Source: Vicugna vicugna (lineage: Eukaryota). From it: DNA of 41,260 nucleotides. Both the position numbers and the translations under genes were made by a program. Of this stretch, positions 34,966 to 41,260 are shown piece after piece (within the stretch, counting starts at the first letter, position 1; each line of letters starts with the position of its first letter). The notes under the pieces are model-generated. The model did no database searches. It was given only the letters and a program-made list of their open reading frames with translations, and had not been told where the DNA came from. The DNA is taken from contig MU058781.1 in NCBI GenBank assembly GCA_013265495.1, positions 6,060,118 to 6,101,377 on the forward strand, given 5' to 3'.

Positions 34966-37900
34966 GCAATAATAAAGAGGGTGAGAGAGATCATTGTGAG
35001 AGCACTCAACAAAACTGCCAAAGCCACCAAGACTCGGGGACTATCGCATTAAGATGGAACTAAAGCAGTTCTCACTATACTCCTGGGAAATTTCTCAGCT
35101 TTAGACGTTGGAGCAGATGCTTAAAACAGATATTTTTCCCCAGAGTCAAAACTGGGATCCACAAAATGTTAAGAGATTGTGGGAGATTTAAAGTTGCAGG
35201 AAAGAATCCATGAAGAAGACTCTAGAGGTTTTTTGGAAATACTTAGTTACCCTTTTTTACAGAGTCACACCAGAGGCTGCTACTCTTCCATATCCACTCC
35301 TGACAGTGAAATGCCAGACTTTCAAGATCTGTATAATCCAGTTTTGTAAAAGGATGTTTTTCTTTTTAACCTTGCCATTTTTCCTTTTCCTTGTTAAAAC
35401 TCTTTATTAAACCAAAATATATGATGTTCTGCTTAACCAAAGAGGACAGTCAAGATCAGTCTCAGCTTACCTATAACTTTTGGTCAGGTTGATGGAGGTA
35501 GATATCTTAAAATCATGCTTTAAATTGTTTGATCATCTCATGTGATATTATTAGCTTATCTCATAATCCTACATCTCTAGTGTTGTGTATCAGCAGATTC
35601 ATTCACTTTTAGTGTTGTTTTGTTGCAGTAAGAGAGTTAGACATAACAAGATGAAAAATTCCTTCAATTTGATTACATAACAAAATCAATATTTTCATTT
35701 GTCCTTGTTATGTTTTACAGCTGCCAATATATAATATATTTGATTTTTTGGTATATTTGTAGCAATATTATAGCTATAAATTAAAACTATTCATTTTACT
35801 TAGCATTTTTGCTTCATAGATTCATTCATTCATCTTTTATTCACTCAGTTAGTACTTTTAATGATTAATAAGCACCTGCCACTATAGTCAGAATAAATTT
35901 AAGGGGGGAACAAATGTCTTTCAATCCAGTTTAAAATATCTGGGAAAAACTGAAAGGTGAAGATTATATAATAGTCAATAATATTCACCCTTGATTAGAA
36001 ATATAAGCAAAGTTCATAACAAACTCACCCAATATGCCATCAGTAAGTCATTGTGACATTCATTTAGTCCTTACTGATCCGTGCAGACATCCCTGGGGAA
36101 ATGACCGATAGGGATAAATCCACTTGTCTTATTTTCTGTAGTAAAATTTTAAAGAATCATTGCCAAACCTGTCATTCAATTTTCCAACAGGGGTCAGCAA
36201 GCTAATGTATGCCGAAAACTGTCAGAGTGATTTCACGCATTAAAGGAGTCTGTGGGCCCGATAGTGGGTAGGATTGATACCTATGATGGAGCGGGCTGGT
36301 CCCATCAGGAGGCTGGACCAGAATCAGGAGGAGTATGTTTCTGCTCTCTGAACAAAATGAATCCTGTTCTGATACTCCACAAGCTGACTCTCTAATGACA
36401 GCAAAAGTCAGCGTAGCCAGAGCCTCCTTGGCTGCCACTAAAATTCCTCTGCCTTGACGCTTGAGGAGAATACACGGAGGAGGCGAAGATTCACTTAAGG
36501 AAGGATTTTCTAGAACATGGGGGCATTCTGTAAATGGGTGCTATTAACGTCTAAAAGAAACATGATAAAGTCAGAAGGTTTGCCTCTGCTCTCCCACTTT
36601 CAAGGAAAAGATGAATTGTCACCAGAAGATGCTTAGTGAGGCATTCTGGGTGTCAGAAAGAAGGGCCATCTATCTCTTTGAGGACTTGCCCTTAAATGGC
36701 AGCTTAGTTGCTGACCTGCGGCTGGCCAGGCCTGACTTCTCAGGGCCAAGCACAGCAGTAAAGCGAAGGACTTGGGCCTCTCAGGCCATCAGCAGGGGGG
36801 TGGTCTTGCAAAGAAGTCACATAGATCTGGGGCAGGATACTGCTCTGGGGCTGCTGAGAAAGAGACTAGCTGAAGGTTAGGGTTAAGCTTCCTGGGGAGA
36901 GATGAGCAGAGCAATTTCCCTGAGAGTTTCTACTGATGAAAATGTTATCACGCAAGATTCTACCGCATGCAGAGAATCTCAGTTAAAGTCTTGACCCTTT
37001 TATTCCATTTGCTTTCAAACAGTATGAGAGCATTTTTGCTCATCCTCCGGAAGACATGGAGAAGATCTTGACCTTGACTTGGCTTCCTTGACTCAACATC
37101 CTCTCTTGGGAGGTGAACTAAGCATTATTTGGATGTGTACAGAGCCTCAGTCCCCAAAGTGCTGCAGAATCCTGGTCAGGTTCTTGCTGGGGAAGAAAGT
37201 TATGGGTCTTTTGTGAAGAGGGGTACAAAACACTCTGGGGCCTGACCACACTCCTAACTGGCTTCTTGACACTTTTCATAACGAGAGAAGGGGGCAGCTA
37301 TGTCAGTACATAAGACTTTAGACACCTAGGTTTTTGGAGAAAGGATTCAACTTACCCAGTTTTTGCTTTAAAGGCTGGAAGTTGTTAAAAGGCTTCTAAT
37401 GGTATCCAGAACTGTCCTCTATTGTTTCTCTGTTTCTAAAGTAAAATCTGTGGACTGTTCATACTGATGAGTGCTTTCTGGGTGTGAGTTCTCACATACT
37501 TCTTTCTCCATCCATGACATGGTCTTATTGGGAAGCATGGATGATGCCAGAAAAGCATATCTATACAGCATTTTGAGTTTTAGTGCATACTTTTTTTCAG
37601 GTAAGGGCCGATGGTCCTAGATTATAAAAGCAACATTTTTACAAGAGCTTATCTAAGTGACCACTGAAGCTGAACTCTTGTTCTCCTTGTGGGATACTTT
37701 TGGCCTAGAATTTTTCTTGCCGGTAACCATGATTTTAGATGTGGACATATTAGCCTTCCCCAGGGGACTAGCTCTATGATCAGGGAGCTCTTTTAGATAT
37801 GTTATGAGTGACCTGACTCTCTGGAGTAGCCGCAACAACCAAACAAGTCCTATCTTCACTAAATCAGCTAAGGGCTAATGACAGACGGGCTCTGTCACCA

Positions 37901-38659
37901 ATGTGAGCAAGTTCTGTTTGACTTAATACCAACAGTTAAACAAACAAACAAATACAGCTTTGAAGGACAGGGTTTAAGCCATAAACTGAAGCCTTTGGCT
38001 GAGGCTTCCAGTAGAGATCTCCAAGGGGCCCAGTGATTCAACTGATGGATCTGACTTAAAACTAGAATTACAATAAACCTGCAAGGGAAAGGCAAATTAA
38101 GGCCTGGAGTGAGGTCAGGCCCTAGGCAGCTGATTTAGCTAATCTCTCTGTCAGGCCAGCTGACAAAATTTGAACAAAGCAAACAGGCATTTTTCCCCTC
38201 TCACTGAGACCCCCCTTGCCTTTCCCTCTCTACTCTATAAGACCATAAAGTGCTTTATTTTGATTTGCTTTATAGACTCAAGGTTATAAAGTGAGAGTTT
38301 ATTGATCTTACTGCAAACAAAACATCTTTCATTTTCATGAAACAAAAATGCCTAATATCTGTTATGTTGCAAGTAATAAATTTGTACATTGCATCTTTAC
38401 AATAGGCTAAACATGCAGTTAAGAACAAAGCCAACTTCTCAAGCTCCATTAGAGGCTACATGTATTATTTGAATCAAATTACAACACAAATTCACACATC
38501 AAAAAAAAAAAATCTCCGAAAATCCATGTCTAGAATTCCCAAGTCTTCCTGAGGTTGAAATTGTTATTTTTCATATTCTTTCTGACTACAAGAGTATCTT
38601 TAACAATAATAAAGAGTATTATTGTAAATAGTTTTAAATTTTAGAAAAGAGTAAAGAAA

Positions 38660-40445
38660 AAAGTAAAACTCAGTTTGAATCCATTTACAATAGCACCAAA
38701 AAAGGATAAAACACTTAGGAATAAACTTAGCAAAAGAAGTGTAAGACTTATGTACGGACAACTACAGAACAACATTGAAAGAAATGAAAGGAGACTTAAC
38801 TAAATGGAAAAACATCCCATGTTCATGGATCAGAAGACAGTATTGTTAAGGTGGTAATACTCCCCCAAATGATCTATAGATTCAATGCGATCTATATCAG
38901 AATCCTGGCTGCCTTTTGTTGGGCAGAAACTGATAAGCCAATCCTAAAGTTCATAAGGAAATTCAGGGAACCCAGTATAGCCAAAACAATCTTGAGGAAG
39001 GAGAACAAAGTTAAAGGACTCATACTTCCCAATTTCAAAATTTACTACAAAGCAACAATAACCAGACAATGAGGTGCTGGCATAAGGTTGGACATATAGA
39101 TAAACAGAATAGAATTCAGAGTCCAGAATTAAATCTTTACACTTAGGATTAACCAGTTTTTGTCAAGGGTGCCAAGACCATTCAATGGGGAGAGAACAGT
39201 CCTCTCAACAAATGGTGTTTGGGCACCTGGAAAGCCATGAAAAAGAATGAAATTGGACCCCTTCCCCTCAAATAATATCCAAAAAATAACTCAAAATGGA
39301 TCATAGACCTAAATATAAGAGCTAAAACTATTAAACTCCTTGAAGAACATATAGGCGTAATCTTTGCGACCCTAGATTATTAAGCAATGGATTTTTAGAT
39401 ATGACACCAAAACCACAAACAACCATGATTGGATGTAACAAAATTTAACACTTTGTGCTTCAAAGGACACTATCAAGAAAATGGAAAGACAGCTCATAGA
39501 ATGGGAGAAAATATTTGCAATCATGTATCTGATAAGGGACTTGATCATATAAAGAACTCCTACAACTCAATAATAAAAAGACAAATAATTCAACTGAAAA
39601 ATAGGCAAAAGATCCGAATAGAAATTTACCCTAAGAAGATACACAAATGGCTAATAAACACATGAAAAGATACTCGACATCCTCAGTTATCTGGAAAATG
39701 TAAATCAAAACCATAATAATATGCCATTTCCCATCCTCTAGGATGACTAAAATCAAAATGACAGACAGTAACGATGTTGGCAATGATGCAGAGAAGTTGG
39801 ACTCCTACTACATTGTTTCTCGGATTATAAAATGCTATAGCCACTTTGGAAAACAGTTTGGTGGTTCCTTAAACTGTTTAACATAGAGTCATATAACTCA
39901 GCAATTCTACTCTTTGGTATGAGCCGAAGAAAACGGAAAGCATATGTCCACATAAAACTTGTACACAAATGTTCATAGCAGAATTATTTACAATAACCAA
40001 AACGTAGAAATAGCAAAAATGTCTATCAACTAATGAATAGATAAATAAAAATATGGTATATCCAAGCAGTGGAATGCTATTCTACAATAAAGAGGGTTGA
40101 GATACTAAAACATGCTACAACATCAATGAACCTGGTAAACATTATGTTAAATGAAAGACGCCAATCGCAAAATGCCATGTACTGTGTGATTCCACTCATA
40201 TGTAATTTCCAGAACAGGCAAATCCACAGAGACAGAAAGTAGGTCAGTGATTACCAGTGGCTGGATGTAGAGGACAGCGGGGTAATAACTGCTGATGGGT
40301 CCAGAGTTTCTTTTTGGGGTGATAAAATGTTCTAATATTAGATACTGTTGATGGTATACAACTTTGTGAATACACTAAAAAAACACTGAATTTTTACTTT
40401 GAGTGAATTTTCTGGTATATCTCAATAAAGCCATTATTAAAATTC
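38660..40445 (+). mobile_element. 5'-truncated L1MB-type LINE-1 (ORF2 3' half plus 3' UTR)
   Basis: ORF 38851-39072 reads ILPQMIYRFNAI...[14 protein letters not shown]. 3' UTR 'aggcaaatccacagagacagaaagtag...gtttctttttggggtgataaaatgttct...ctcaataaagc'. Confidence 0.92.
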
Positions 40446-40687
40446 AACAAATGAGTTAATTTTCACTTTTAAATAAAGGTAGCACATGTGAAAAAAAATA
40501 CGTAACTCAATCTGGGACCATATTACATATTAATGGAGCAAACCACTAGTCACACGTTGGGGAATATATGTACCTTTTTCATACACACACAGTTTCCCCA
40601 AGATTTTGATCAAACAGTGCATTCTGTGTTTGCTCTTTTTCAGGTAACAGCATAGCATTTAACCCAGGGACATCAAATTTTCTTGCA

Positions 40688-40870
40688 AAGCGGGGTTTCT
40701 CCAAAAGTTGGGATGAATACTACCGGGGTTACTCAGGACAATTTTAGCTAACACTTAGTTGAACATTGTTTTAATTTTAATACGTATCTGTTTATGTTAT
40801 TGTGTACTGAAAAATACAGTTAGCATGTCAAACTCATGTCACAGATATAACTGCTTAGGATCAGGATAGG
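40688..40870. mobile_element. Probable hAT-type DNA transposon fragment
   Basis: 'gaaaaatacagttagcatgtcaaactcatgtcacagatataactgcttagga' resembles an old Charlie-class MER. Subfamily not assigned. Confidence 0.35.
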
Positions 40871-40932
40871 AGGGAACATATGTTCTAAACACTAAGTCAA
40901 TTTAAAGAAATATACTAAGTATGTAATAGTGT

Positions 40933-41260
40933 GGAAAAGCCAAAAAAGCAGGTGTTGCAGTACTGATTTCAGACAAAATAGACTTTAAAACAAAGGCCAT
41001 AAAGAAAGATAAAGAGGGACATTTTATAATGATTAAAGGAGTGATACAAGATGAAGACATTACACTCGTTAATATATATGCACCCAATATAGGAGCACCT
41101 AAGTACATACAAGAATTACTAACAGAGATAAAGGGCGATATTGATGGGAATACAATCATAGTTGGAGATTTTAACACTGCATTAACATCACTAGACAGAT
41201 CTTCCAGACAGAAAATAAACAAGGCAACAGAGAAATTAAATACTACAATAGAAAAACTAG
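40933..41260 (+). mobile_element. Young L1, 5'-truncated within the ORF2 endonuclease domain; open frame runs off the window
   Basis: 109 stop-free codons: GKAKKAGVAVLISDKIDFKTKAIKKDKEGHFIMIKGVIQDEDITLVNIYAPNIGAPKYIQELLTEIKGDIDGNTIIVGDFNTALTSLDRSSRQKINKATEKLNTTIEKL, with the L1 EN motifs GVAxL, NIYAPN and VGDFN intact. Confidence 0.95.

Noticed and set aside
37510..37545. CATCCATG...CATGGATG hairpin as a miRNA or ncRNA
   Set aside because: The stem of ~8 bp is too short for a pre-miRNA and is expected by chance.
40902..41222. 106-aa minus-strand ORF
   Set aside because: It is the antisense shadow of the L1 endonuclease frame.
1..41260. CRISPR array, prokaryotic operon or defence system, tRNA/rRNA
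   Set aside because: The sequence is mammalian repeat-rich DNA with no regularly spaced repeat-spacer units, long ORFs or structured RNA gene signatures.

Overview
Placental mammal genomic DNA, most likely a camelid. The young L1 3' ends are of the cetartiodactyl type, and I saw no Alu, B1, Can-SINE, PRE-1, Bov-A or CHR SINEs. The window is AT-rich, CpG-poor and non-coding (intergenic or deep intronic), and roughly half of it is recognisable transposable-element relic. That includes ancient L2 and MIR; MaLR/ERVL solo LTRs (MLT1, MLT2, LTR33, MER21-like); hAT DNA transposons (MER33, MER81, Charlie-type); old L1M and HAL1 fragments; and three lineage-specific L1 insertions. Two of those three have visible target-site duplications (TSDs), and the third has an uninterrupted endonuclease reading frame running off the right edge. 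I found no host protein-coding exon, RNA gene or CRISPR array, and the ORF track is explained by L1/HAL1 relics, antisense repeat frames or chance. I found no convincing previously undescribed biological system. The most notable items are the open-frame young L1, an inverted (twin-primed) L1 splitting a MER33, nested insertions that give relative ages, and a few unique stretches with enhancer-like motif clusters or splice signals. Repeat family names come from recalled consensus similarity, not a database search, and boundaries without TSDs are approximate (±20-50 bp).
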